NCBI GenBank assembly: GCA_965112735.1
Contig: OZ218952.1
Coordinates: forward strand, 2,666,001-2,730,000
Length of the DNA: 64,000 bases
Reading direction: 5' to 3'
Source: Phaeosaccion multiseriatum
Taxonomy: Eukaryota; Protista; Ochrophyta, other classes
A model generated the notes under the pieces. That model saw only the letters and a list, made by a program, of their open reading frames with translations. It did no database searches and was not told the DNA's origin. Positions 10,103 through 21,958 of this stretch are shown piece after piece (position 1 is the first letter of the stretch; each line of letters starts with the position of its first letter). The translations under genes and the position numbers were made by a program.

Positions 10103-13100
10103 TCAGTCAGCTGGTCCGGCTCTACCTCTGCCCTGCTTGCCCTCCATCCGTCGGTCGTGGTGCTGCTGCATGGCCTCCAGGAGACCCTCCACCGTGGCCC
10201 GGGACTCCATTCGAACCGCGCGGGTCTGCGGGGCGGCAGGAGCGGGGGCAGTGACCGTTGGTGATACAGGACCAGGAGCAGAAGAAGCAGGAGAAGGTGG
10301 TGATGCAGGAGCGGAGGGACAGAACAGCACACGTCTCACGTCAAAGTTGAGGGGTGGGGGCAAGAAAGAGTAGCGAGTAGATGAAATTCGGCATCCTCAC
10401 CTGCTTCAGCGCCCTCTTCGCCAAGACGTTTGCCCCTGTGCAGAAGCAGTAGATGCGGCAGTTGCCCGCCGCCGCAGCGATCTCCACGTCCTTGGGACTC
10501 ACCACCCCCACTCCGGACCCAACCACGTGAAGACGTGCCTCCGAGTCCTCTATGGCATCCAAGATGGCCAGGAGAGAGTTTGCGCTACCTGCCTTGATAA
10601 TGACCGGGGTCACCTCGTCAAAGGCCTCCTCTTCGTCCCTCTTCATGCGCTCCTCATCCACCAGTTGGTAGTAGTCGTCGTCGTCGTCGTCGAAGCTGTC
10701 ACCGTCCTGCTCCTCCTCCTCTTCGTCGTCGTCCCTATTTCTGTCGGCCTGCTGCTGCTGTGTCATCAACTGCTGTTGCTGCTCCTGCTCCTCTTGCTGT
10801 TGTTGTTGTTGTTGTTGTTGTTGTTGCTGCTGGTGCTGGAGGGTGGCGAAATCACCTTGCTCGGTGGTCCACCCGCTGTTGTCCCACAGCTCATTCCCCG
10901 CCCCCGCCCCCTCCCCCGCCTCCTCTTCCTCATCATCATCATCACCGTACTCATCATCACCACCACCGTTATAATCGCCCGCATTCCTCCCAGGCTCGTG
11001 CACATCTTCATAGTTGGGCAGCAGTCTCTCCATCGCCCTCACATCAGCGATCATCTCTGCATATCTCTGCTCCGTCGCAAAGAGTGCCTCCCCCACGGGC
11101 AAGTCTACATGTGCATTCTTCTCTACAAACGTCACCCACACCGCCTCCCCCGGCCCGGCCCTCTCTAGGTCTCTACTCTTGTCGTCGCTCTTCATCAAGC
11201 GGATTCTATAGTGCAGGCATGTGGAGGGCGGGGGGGGGGGGGACAAGGGGAAGGAGAAGTTTTGCTTCTTGTCAGAGCGAAGCGGGACCAGGAAGGAAGA
11301 GCGCGCGTGGGCGCGTGAGACGGGGTGCAATTTCGGAGAGAGAGACTGTGCGCCAAACGCCCTCTCGCTGTTAGTTCATTCATTCATTCAGTCGTTCTTT
11401 CTGTCTTTCTTTTCTTTTCATTCACCCACTCGTTCGCTCCCGTTCCCTTCTTCCTCCCCTCATCGCACCTACATACCTTCCCCACTTGTAGCCCGAAACG
11501 AAGAAGTGCCCCACCTCGATGAAACCGTCATGCACCAGCAGAAGGAACTGCCGCCCGTTCTTGGGGTGGATGGTCACGTCCAGCACAGTGGCGAGGGGGG
11601 CATTCCAAGGCGACCGAGACTTCAAGGTTACGAGCGAAGAGGACGATGACGCAGCACGCTTCTTCCCATCCTTCTTGTCCTTCTTCCCTTGGTTGGTCAA
11701 CATCTGGAGAGACTGCGGGTAAAGGACGGACGGACGGAGGGAGCGAGGAAGAGAGGATAGCTTTATAACTAGGTTTTGCTACAAAGAGAGGAAAGGCAGG
11801 CCAGCAGGCCGGCAGGCAGGTAGGCATGCAGACAGGCAGGCAGGCAGGCAGGCAGGCCGACAGAGCAAGGCGCAAGGTTTTGGATTTGGGGGGGGTGAGC
11901 GTAGAAAAAGCGAGCAGCTGGACTGAACTACCGATCTATTGAGCTACATTCGCATGCAAAAGGCCATCCTACACATCCAGAAGCGTACCTCCCAATCCTG
12001 CAGAAAGGTGTCCGTTTCAGAAAGTGTCGTGGCTGTGCCGCCCTCTCCCGAGGCAACAACAAGAGAAGAAGCCGCGGAGGCACTTCCTCTCTCCCCCTCT
12101 CCCTCCTCTCCCCCCTCCCTCTCTGCGGCCGCGTGGGTCAACTCCGCTGCGAGTACTCGCTTCAGTTCGTCCAGGCCCTCTCCGGTGGCGGCGGAGATGG
12201 GCACAAGAGGGGCCTTGTCCAAGGAGATGAAGGTCCTGAGCTCCTTCTCGAGATCCTTCAGAGCGTTCTTGCGCTGCTCCGGCGCGGAGGGAAGAAGGTC
12301 AATCTTGTTGAGAGCCACCACCATGGGCAGGCCTACGACACAGAGAGCAGGGTAGAGGTGTGTGGGTACGGCAGGGTAGAGTTGTATGGGCAGGGCAGGG
12401 CAGAGGTATATGGGTCGGGCAGGGTAGAGGTATATGGGTCAGGCAGGGTAGAGGTGTATGGGTAGGGAGGGTAGGGGTGTATGGGTAGGGCAGGGTAGAG
12501 ATGTATCGGCAGGGTAGGGTACAGGTGTATGGGTAGGGCAGGGTAGAGGTGTATGGGTAGGGCAGGTGAGAGGTGTATGGGCAAGGCAGGTGAGAGGTGT
12601 AGGGCAGGGCATGCTCGTGGGTCGGGGAGGTAAAAAATAACCGCACGCGCCTGCGCACACAGACACACATCCACCCACCCACCCACCCACCCACACACAC
12701 ACACAAACACAAACACACACACACCACACGCGCGCATATCTGGGCTTCTGTTGCCGTCTGTCCTGTGCTCACCGAGGGTCTCAGCGTTTCCGATGGACTC
12801 CTCCGTCTGTGCACAGATACCGTCAGGGGCCGAGATGACGAGGAGCACTGCACTCGCGGCACCGGCCCCGTTGTTGCGCATACGGTAGAAGATCTCCTGT
12901 GATAGAGAAGAGCAGTTGGTGATACAGAGCAGAGAAGAGCAGGCAGAGCAGCGCAGAGAGACGCCCGCGGGAGGGAAGAACAAAGCAGAGCGCACTGGGT
13001 TAGCAGCAGCCGCAGCAGCCGTAGTCGCAGTAGCAGTAGTCGTCGTCGTAGTGGTAGTAGTAGAGTAGTAGTAGTAGTAGTAGGAGTAGGAGGAGTAGGA

Positions 13101-13111
13101 GTAGGAGTAGC

Positions 13112-13182
<71 letters not shown>

Positions 13183-15171
13183 CAGCAGCAGCAGCAGCAA
13201 ACACCAACAGCAGCAGCAATAGTCGCAGTAACAGCAGCCGCAGTTGGTTCTACAGCAACAACACTAGCCTTGCCCAGCCGTACCTGTCCTGGCGTGTCCA
13301 GCACGGTGACCTCTCTCACGCCTATGTCAGCACCCGTACCACCACCACGCCTACTACCACCCTCGTCGTCGCCATCTGCCCCCCGCAGCTGGACGGCCCT
13401 GGCCCGAATCTCCTGTGTGATGCCCTCGTCTTCCCCTGCCACAAGCGCGCTACCCTCTCCCAGCAGGGCGTCGAGTAGCGTGGTCTTGCCGTGGTTAAAG
13501 TGGCCGAGGAGAGCCACCACGGGCTTCGGCTTGGTCTGGGGGTTTGGGTTGGACCTGTGAGTACAAGAAGGAGGGCGTGGGTAGGTACAGGTGGGTGGGT
13601 GGTTAGGTGGGGTGGGCTGGTGGGTGGGGTGGGTCACGCGCACAAGAATTGAGGCACACCGGACGTACACGTTTGCAGCGTTGTCGCGTCGACGTTGCTC
13701 GTGCCTGTCCTTCAACGGACTTGGCTCCACGGTGAGGCGCCCCACTGTCACTCTGAGCCCCCGCTCGGCTTGCTTCACATCGGCCCAGGGTAACATGATG
13801 TCTTTGACGGCTCTGTCGTTGTGAGTGAGTGAGTGAGTGAGTAAGGAAGGAAGGGAGTGAGGGAGTGAGTCAGTCATTCAGCGAGTGAGTGCCTGGGTGC
13901 ATGCATGGGGGTGAGTGAGTGAGGAAGGGAGGGAGTCGGTCAGTGAATAAGTGAGTGTGAGTGAGTGAGTGAGTGAGTGAGTGCGTGGTGTGATAGTCTT
14001 TGAATACAGACGCGGCCCGGTCAGCCGCGGGGGGGGGGGTGGGAGATACCAACAGAGGGGGCAGAGAGGGGCGAAGAGAGGAGAGGTATCACGGAGAGAA
14101 GAGAGGGTAGGCGGGGGCAACAGTCAAGGCATAGAGTGTTGCCGTCCATGCGTGCATGACTGACTGGTTGACTCGCTGACAAGACCCTGTGTAAATGACA
14201 TGAGGCCATCCATCCGCTGCCATCCATCCATCCGCTGCCATAATCCATCCATCCATCCATCCATCCACCCATTCATAAGGACTGCTTGACTCACTGGAAG
14301 GAGTAGAGTTTCCCGTCCTGCATGGGGATGAAGTACCTCTTGTTCCTCCTCCAGCCTCGGAGGGCCTGCAGCACCTACCAGGAGGGGGAAGGGGAGAGAG
14401 GAAGAGAAAGAGAGCAAAGGGGGACATACATTGATGGACGTGGAAGGCCATTAATCAGAGTGTGAGAAGGTCTCCTCTGTCCCTCTGGCTCTCTCTCTCT
14501 CTCCCTCTCCCTCTCTCTCTCTAGGCTCTTCCCCTCTCGCTCTCCTCCCTCTCTACCCTTCCCGTTACAAAGCGTGGCGCCATTCTCCTCTCTCCCTTTC
14601 TCACCTTCTTCGCAGGCACAGCCGCCATCTTGGCCAGCGTTCTCAGCCGAATGAAAGGCGGTACCTTCAGCACCATGCCCTGCCGCTTCACTCCCCCCCT
14701 CTTGCTCTTGCCGGACTTCCTTCTGCTCTTCTTAGAAGTGGGCTTTCCGCTGTCAGACGCAGGGAGGGCCCCCCCCAGTGGACTCGCCGCCACTGCGCTA
14801 GTATCAGCTGCTGCAGCTGCTGCTGTTGCATGCACCATACGTGCCTGCCGTGGAAAGCGCTCGAAACAGCAGAGCCGAGCCCCCTGGCCAATGCCCCTTC
14901 CCCCATGCCAGTAAAGCGGGCTGCTCTCACCATTGAGATGGCGCCGGCCATGGCCCGGCGTCGTAGACCAAGGTGGCCGTCCGTCTCCTCCGCTTCGGCC
15001 TCCTTCCTCCCCCCTCCTGAGTTCTTCTGCTGCTTCTCTCCCCTCGCTGAATACCCTGACGGGAAGCAAGGACGTCCATCGCAGGTGTGGTAGCTTTCCC
15101 AGCTGCTGATGCCTCTGCCTTACACATCTCCTTGCCTGTAGTCCGCCAGACGAAGTCACTGTTCGAAGCAT
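10103..15171 (-). CDS. Atypical translation initiation factor IF2-like GTPase, probably mitochondrial (9 exons: 15171-14605, 14374-14295, 13812-13660, 13554-13284, 12896-12773, 12332-11989, 11703-11477, 11205-10401, 10225-10103; ~897 aa)
   Basis: Arg-rich N-terminus; IF2_N-like VPPFIRLRTLAKMAAVPAKKVLQAL; G1 PVVALLGHFNHGKTTLLDAL; G2 EGITQEIRA; G3 LDTPGQE; G4 NKID; G5 ISAATGEG; domain II ATVLDV..LLVHDGFIEVGHFFVSG; domain III PVIIKAGSANSL..VVGSGVGVVSPKDVEIA. The exon lengths sum to a multiple of 3. Confidence 0.88.
12347..12610. repeat. 24-bp minisatellite (~11 units, GCAGGGTAGAGGTGTATGGGTAGG) in IF2-like intron
   Basis: Tandem units visible directly; lies just upstream of the acceptor at 12333. 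Confidence 0.9.
13020..13200. repeat. (TAG)n/(CAG)n microsatellite in IF2-like intron
   Basis: Long run of agtagtagt; source of the poly-Y, poly-T and poly-L ORFs. Confidence 0.95.
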
Positions 15172-16537
15172 GGATTGTCTCTCCTCTTTCAGTGCGCACT
15201 GCCTTTTTCGCTGCCCCTCCGGCTCATACTGACTTTCGCTGCAGGCCTTCCACAGTAGTTCCAACTCCGGCTGGGGTTGGAGAGGGGTTAGGAAACCCCA
15301 AACCTGAGCGCTTTTCTCCCCTCAATACCCAACACTGATATATAGGAGAGCCGAGGACTATCCCACCCTTAGCCCCAGCAGGAAGCTTCCTTGTCCTACC
15401 AAGCCTTTACAATCGGGGGGGGGGGGATAGGGGCGAGGAGGATTTCCCGCCCCCCTCAGGAATCGGATCCAGGATCCGCCCCCTACCTTACGTATTTCCC
15501 TACATATCCTTACGTAATGCGCCCTTTCCATCCCCTTTTTTTTCGGCTCGGGTTGCACGGGTTGCTTTCTTGCTTGGTTGAGGAGGGAGGAGGAGCGGAG
15601 CGGAGGGTAGCGGAGGAGGAGGAGTAGTAGCTGTATGAAGAGGAGGAGGATAGAAGGGGGGGTGAGCGACGCCGCCTCCCCCACACACTCATTGAAAGCA
15701 ACGCAGCAGGCGCCTCTGCCTGGCTGCCTGCTTGTCGCTCACTCGCATCGCCATTCCCCGCCCCCGCACACCACCATGCCTCGCTTCAACAAGAAACAGC
15801 TCCAAAGGTTCCCTCCCGTGCTGCTGCGTTGTCAGGTGTAAAACAAAATAAATGTCCAAGAAAGCGTTTGTTTGTGCCTCAAACTCAAAAGAGGCCCTTG
15901 GTTGTTGGTGCGTATGTTTGATTCTACAAGATCTTTCCCCCTCGAGTTCCTATCCTGAGTTTATGTATATATATATAAATCTTTTCTCCTCGGAGGCGGT
16001 TCTATGGTCTCAACGACATTTGACATGTCGGGCGGGGGGTTCAGACTCGACCCTCGTCCCTCCCTCCGTGCGTACGTGCGCTGTGAGGTGAGGCCCCACA
16101 GCTCCGTCTTGCTGCTGCTGCTGCTGAGCACCGTGTATAAGGGACGTACACAGGACACGCACGCAACCGCACGCACGCACGCACGCACCACACACTGACC
16201 GCCGTGCTGCCGCCATACCGCCATTCTGTCCTACCCCGTCCTGTCCTGCTGCCCCTCTTCTGCCCCTCCTCCGCTACCGGCTCCAAGCGCCGGCCGTTCC
16301 TCATTCCAACATATACTTTGCTACGATTATAGTTCCATCGTCCATCCCTCTCCTCCCTCTTGAAAGCTTTTTTTTTCTCGTTTCCCCCCCTCCTCCTGCC
16401 CCCACAAAATAGAAGAAATCCAACTCCCTCCCAGTCACACTTTGGCACTTTGCGGTGGACTTGAATCCGACCGCCCACATCACCACGTGTCTCCCTCCAC
16501 GCTCCCCGTACCCCTCCCTCCCCCCTACACACGCTCC

Positions 16538-16568
<31 letters not shown>

Positions 16569-16715
16569 TGCTGCCGAGAGTAAGAGACGCGTGGCTGAGC
16601 ATCGCTCCGTCTTCGTCCTTCGCGCCCTCGCGGCCCCGCGTCGTCCCAACCATGCTACACCCAACCACCAACCCGGAGCCGACCGACCGACCGACAACAC
16701 CCCCACCCACCCGTC

Positions 16716-17332
16716 TTAGGATAGCCAAATGGCACTGACGTCATCCTGGCCAAAGCCCCTGCCGCAAGCCGGGCACTTGCGATGTCGCGTGCGCAGATTC
16801 TCGTCCACACACTCTCTACAAAACATGTGGAAGCATTTGGTGATGATGCAGTTCTTGCGTCGGTCCTGACACACATTGCAGCACAAGAGCTTCTTGAGCT
16901 CCTTGTTCTCCAGTTTGAGCAAGCTTGCTTCTGCGCTCAAGTCGTCTTGCTCCCTGCTTCCGTTGAGTTGCATGCTGAGCCGCTGCTGCTGTATCACCAA
17001 CTGCTGCTGCTTCTGCTGATCCTGCTCGTGCTGCTCAATAGCCCCCACCACCTCTTCCTGGTCTGCCTTGAGACGATCAATCAGCCCCTGTGTGTGTCAA
17101 GACAGCACAAGACAGTCCAGACAGTCAAGAGGGAAGGACGACCACGTGAGAGAGAGGGAGGAGGAGAGATGGGTTGGAGAGTTAGAAGCATGAACACGTC
17201 CCGCGTCATGGGAAAATGTTTTGATTCCATCGCGCGTGTGGACATGCCAAACCAAAAAGTGATTTCTGTGAGGAGAGGACAATCCGTTACTCCGCTGTAA
17301 CAGGGGGGGGGCAGAAACACACACACACACAC

Positions 17333-17386
<54 letters not shown>

Positions 17387-18181
17387 ACAGCATGTACCAC
17401 ATGTCCCTACTCCCACTAGTGAAGGCCACATATGACAGCAACACACACACTCCTAAGTCCCTTTTCTACCCATTCAGAAAGGCTCGCAGGTGTCTTCTCG
17501 TCTTTTCGCTGATGATCAGGCCATCGTAGTCATTGAGTGGATTCTTTTAGTCGACACGAGTTTTAGATTTCAGAGTCGCAGAATATCTGTCATCACCTCA
17601 ACAGCGAAACACCCGACACTCCGTCCTCCATCCCCCCCTCCCTCCCCCCTTTGCACCATTCAAACAAACACACGCATACATACACAGCCACAACCACTCC
17701 ACCCACACCCCTCCCCCACCACCCACCCACCCCCGACCCACACTCTTTTCATCTCTCACCTGCGCCTTCTCCACCTTCCGATTGCTCTTGGCGGTGCTCT
17801 CCCTTGCCCTCTCCGCCTCCAACTTGGCCGCTGCAAGCTCCTCCGCTAGCTCAACACTGCGCCTTCTCAGCTCCTCCTTCTCCTGCCTCAGCCCCTTGAT
17901 GTCTGCCTCCATAGCCGCAGCATCAGCGTGGGCGCGGTCTGCTTGCTCCTTCTCTTTCTGCACGTCCTTCATCACCATCGCGAGCTGGTCCTTCTCTCTC
18001 ATGAGCTGTTTGTTTGGTGTCAGTTGTGACAGGCGAGACAAATGCACGCAAGCAACACATACACAGCACATACACGCAAGAACAATGACACGGAAGGGCA
18101 GGGGGGACATGAGGAAAGAACGGTGTTATTGCTGCCACAGGCCTTGACATCCATGTCTTCCTTCCTCGGGAGCTCAGACCT

Positions 18182-18236
<55 letters not shown>

Positions 18237-21200
18237 AAACTAGCCATCCACACCCACCTACACACCACCCACCTACACACAGACACCCATCCACACCCAC
18301 CCACACCAACACATCCCCCCTCTTTCTTTCTACTCTTCTGCTTCCTTTTCCTCCTCCTCCTCCTCCTCCTCCTCCTCCTCCTCCTTCTCCTCCCCCATCC
18401 TTACCTGCTGCTCCAAGTAGCCCATCCTCTCCTTCGCCTTGGAAACATACACGTCCGCCCTGCTCTGCATCTCCTCTGCGTGACTGCGCTTCAGATCCAT
18501 GGCCCCTGCCTCTTGGCGCTTAAGCTCGAGCAATTCCTTGAGCTTAATGTTCTCCGACACAATGGTCGCGTTGGTCTCATCTCGCTCCTGCTCTTTCTTG
18601 AGGAGGCGCGTGTTTTGCTCCCGCCCTTCGTCGTACGCTCGACTTGTGTTGTCCACCTGAGCAGAGCGAACGAAGGAAGGAGAGAGCAACCGAGCAAGCG
18701 TCGAGCGAACGGGCGACCACCACGACCAAAAACACGATCGAACACCCCCCCCCCCCGCACACACACGCAGACAGACACAGAAGGAGGCGGGAGGGGTAGG
18801 GGAGAGGAGAGAACAAGAAGGGCAGTACGTTAGTGAGCAAGTCCGGGCAAAGAGTGGTGCCGATGGCTGTGCCTGCCTCGAGGTACATACTTATGACCAC
18901 ATACATGCACATGGCCCTTCCTTCCCTCCTTCCCGGTCCACTCCAGTGAGACCATCTTCTCTTATCGCCTCCTCCTCTCTCGCCTTCTCCTCACTCACTC
19001 ACCTCCCCCGAGAGCGCGTCCACCATCTGTTGCGAAGAGAGCAGCTCTGCGGACAACTCTGCAACACGCTCCTGCAGGCGGGCGGCCTGACTCAAAGCCT
19101 CCGACTCCGCCCCTCCCCGTCCGGCGTCTGCCTCCAGCTGCAGCAGAGGAGAGGGTAGAGGGAAGAGGGAACAAGACATCACGACCAAACCCAAGCCAAA
19201 GCCAAAGCCAAAGCCAAGCCAAGCCAAGCCAAGCCAAAACCACACCACCACACGCGCCGCACAAGCAAGCAAGTAAAGGAAGGAAAGAGACGAAAGGAGG
19301 GGATGAGGTGGAGGTTGGGAGAGCATCGCAATGGCGAGGTTTGGAGAGTTTCGTCACCTCTATTCTCTCAAGCCTCATCGATGCACTAGTCCGTCCAAGG
19401 TCAGTCCATCCACTCGTCCACTGCCATCTCGCCCCATGCTACCCTCACTCCCCACCTCACCCTTCCCCTCACCCTCACACTCATCCACCCACTCACCCTG
19501 GCCTTGAGCTCGGTGCTAATCTTGGCCTCAAGATCCCTCTCGGACTCTCTCGACTTCTTGAGGGCCTCTTCCAGCTGCCTCACTTGTTCTGCGGACCTAC
19601 TCGAGGCGTCTCTAAAAGTCGCCAGCACCACTTGTTGGTTGGTAAGCTTCTTACCACACTCCTCCAGCTGACCGCGCTGTACTCGGGCGAGTTTGGCGGC
19701 CTCAATGCTGTTCTCGTAGCGGTGCTTGCACACGTCAAGCTCTTCCTGCACCTGTGCATACAGTACGATGCAATAGAGTAGTGGCGTAGGTAAGGGTATG
19801 CATACGAGAGGGAGGGGGGGAGAGAGTGGAGGGAGGGAGGGAGGCAGGGAGGAAGGTAGGAAGGGGGGGGGTTGGAGGGGAGGGAGGGAGGGAGGGAGGG
19901 GAGGGAGAGAGGGCCATTCCGACACAAAGAAGTACTTGTGAGAAGGGCGGATGGATTGTTGAGCTGCCTCCCTCAGTGGCTCCCTCCCTCAGTGGCTCAC
20001 TCATTCACTGTCTCACCGCCTCACTGCCTCACGTACTGCCTGACTCACTGCCTCACTCTCTCACCTTTTGCAGCAAGGTGCTGCTGTCAGCGCATCTCGA
20101 CTCCCAGCGCTGTCTCTGCCCCTCCATCTCGGCCGTGTGGCTGCCCTCCGCGTGCCTGAGTTTGGCAACTGTCTCCTCAAGTTGGTTCTCCAGAGCGAGC
20201 ACGCGCTGCCTCTCTCGCCCCAGCACCTCCTCCGTCATCTTCAGAGCGTTGCTTAGCCTACGCAGCAGCAGCAGCAGCAGCAGGAGGAGGAAGGGAGGAG
20301 GAGGAGGAGGAGGAGGAGGAGGAGGAGGAGGAGGAGGAAGGGGGGGAAGCAGCAAAGTTTCCCGTTCAGTGGTAGATTCTCATTTCTGGGGTGGAATGTA
20401 CGTGCCTTTTCAAACCCTCTCATCCTCTGTCATCCTCTCACTGTCTCTATGACCCTCTTCTTACCTGGCCATCTCGGGATGCCGCATGACCTCCCCCTGC
20501 AGCCTCGCCCCACTCGCTGAGTCGATGAGCGCTGCGTGCAGATCGGCCTTTTCCTTACGGAGGCGCTCGCACTGGTTCATTGGTGAGGAGAGAGGGGAGG
20601 GGAGGAGGCGGAGAGGGAGAGAGACGGGGGCAGAAGGAGAGAGGGAGGAAGAGAGAGGGGACACACACATAGGGAAAGAGAGGGAGGGAGAGAGTGAGGA
20701 CATAACGCACACACACACGACGACACACACAACAAGCACAACAGCAAAAAAGCTTAAGTGACACTGAGTGTGCAACGTGCGGGCCCAATCCCGTCTCGCC
20801 ACTGTCCCCAACGCTACACTCAGATGTTGCTCCGCCCCGCTCCCTCTCTGCCCAGTACCGTACCTCAGTGAGTCGATGCTGCGCCACCATCTTCTGCTCT
20901 GCCAACTCCTCTTCCAGCGTCACCGCGTCAAGCGTATCTGACCCCGCCCCTCCCCCCCCCAGTCCATTCCTGTCTCTCTCGCCACTCCTCATATGCAAAC
21001 CTGACCCGACACGTTGTAACAGTGCCGAAGAAGACGTGCTAGAAGGTCCACTCGCTAGCACCGGGGTGGTCGGTGGTGCTGAACCAAGCACCCCGATGCC
21101 CTTGCCAGCGCCGCCGCCGATGCCGCCGTTGAGCCCCGTTGGACCGCTCTTGTACCCTCCTCCTCCTCCTCCTCCTCCCCCTCCTGCTGGTGTTGCTGCT

Positions 21201-21280
21201 GTTGGTTCTTCTTTGATGGACTCTAACCCTGCCCCTGCTCCTGCCACGGCTGCTGCGGCTGTCCCACTTGACCCCGCTGC

Positions 21281-21315
<35 letters not shown>

Positions 21316-21925
21316 CAGGAGTGCCGTTTCCAACATGACTAGGGGTTTCCGCCCCTTCACTTCGTTGACTTCCTGTTGTTGAAGTCGCCGCGTCCAAATC
21401 CGATGACGATGGCTCTGGAGAGGAGAGCGCACAACACAAACAGCGCACAATCGAAAAGAACCACAGCAGTGTGAGAAGTAGCAGTTGGTGATACAGCAGC
21501 AGCCGCAGGAGGGGCGGGGAGGGCCGCTATTCGCCACCTCTTCCTCTTGTGTGTTGTCTGCATCGGCCCACCCTCTCCTCTTCCGCCTCCCCTCCCCTCC
21601 CGGCCTATTCGCTCTCTCTCTCCGTGTGTTCTATCTCTACTCTCTCTCCCTCTCCCACCCCCCTCCCCACCCTCCCTCCCTCACCCCCCTCGCACCCACC
21701 CACCTACCCACCCACCCACCTTGCGAGCGCAGCTGGTCAAGCTGACGCTGTATCTTATGCTTCTCATGCTTGAGCACATGCATGTCCATCACAAGCCTCC
21801 GGAGGCGGTCGTGTGTGGCTGTGAGCTGGTCCCTCAGAAGAGATACCTCGGCCACCAGACGCTTCTTCGAGGCCATCAGGTCCCAGTGCAGCTCCTTGAG
21901 GCTGGTGGGGAGGCAGCCAGGCAGC

Positions 21926-21958
<33 letters not shown>

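Noticed and set aside
12347-12610. CRISPR-like array (also considered 36155-36345 and 41290-41550)
   Set aside because: Head-to-tail units with no unique spacers, no cas genes, and an intronic eukaryotic context.
12299-13877. 514-aa ORF with poly-Tyr taken as one exon
   Set aside because: It reads through stop-free introns; the IF2 motifs join properly only after splicing at canonical GT-AG sites.
15280-15700. Short palindromes and G/C runs upstream of the IF2-like gene (ggatccaggatcc)
   Set aside because: No terminal repeats, coding signal or second copy; probably ordinary promoter or 3' flank.
16989-17003. Similarity of TATCACC to the phage lambda operator half-site
   Set aside because: Only 7 bp with no operator symmetry; coincidental.
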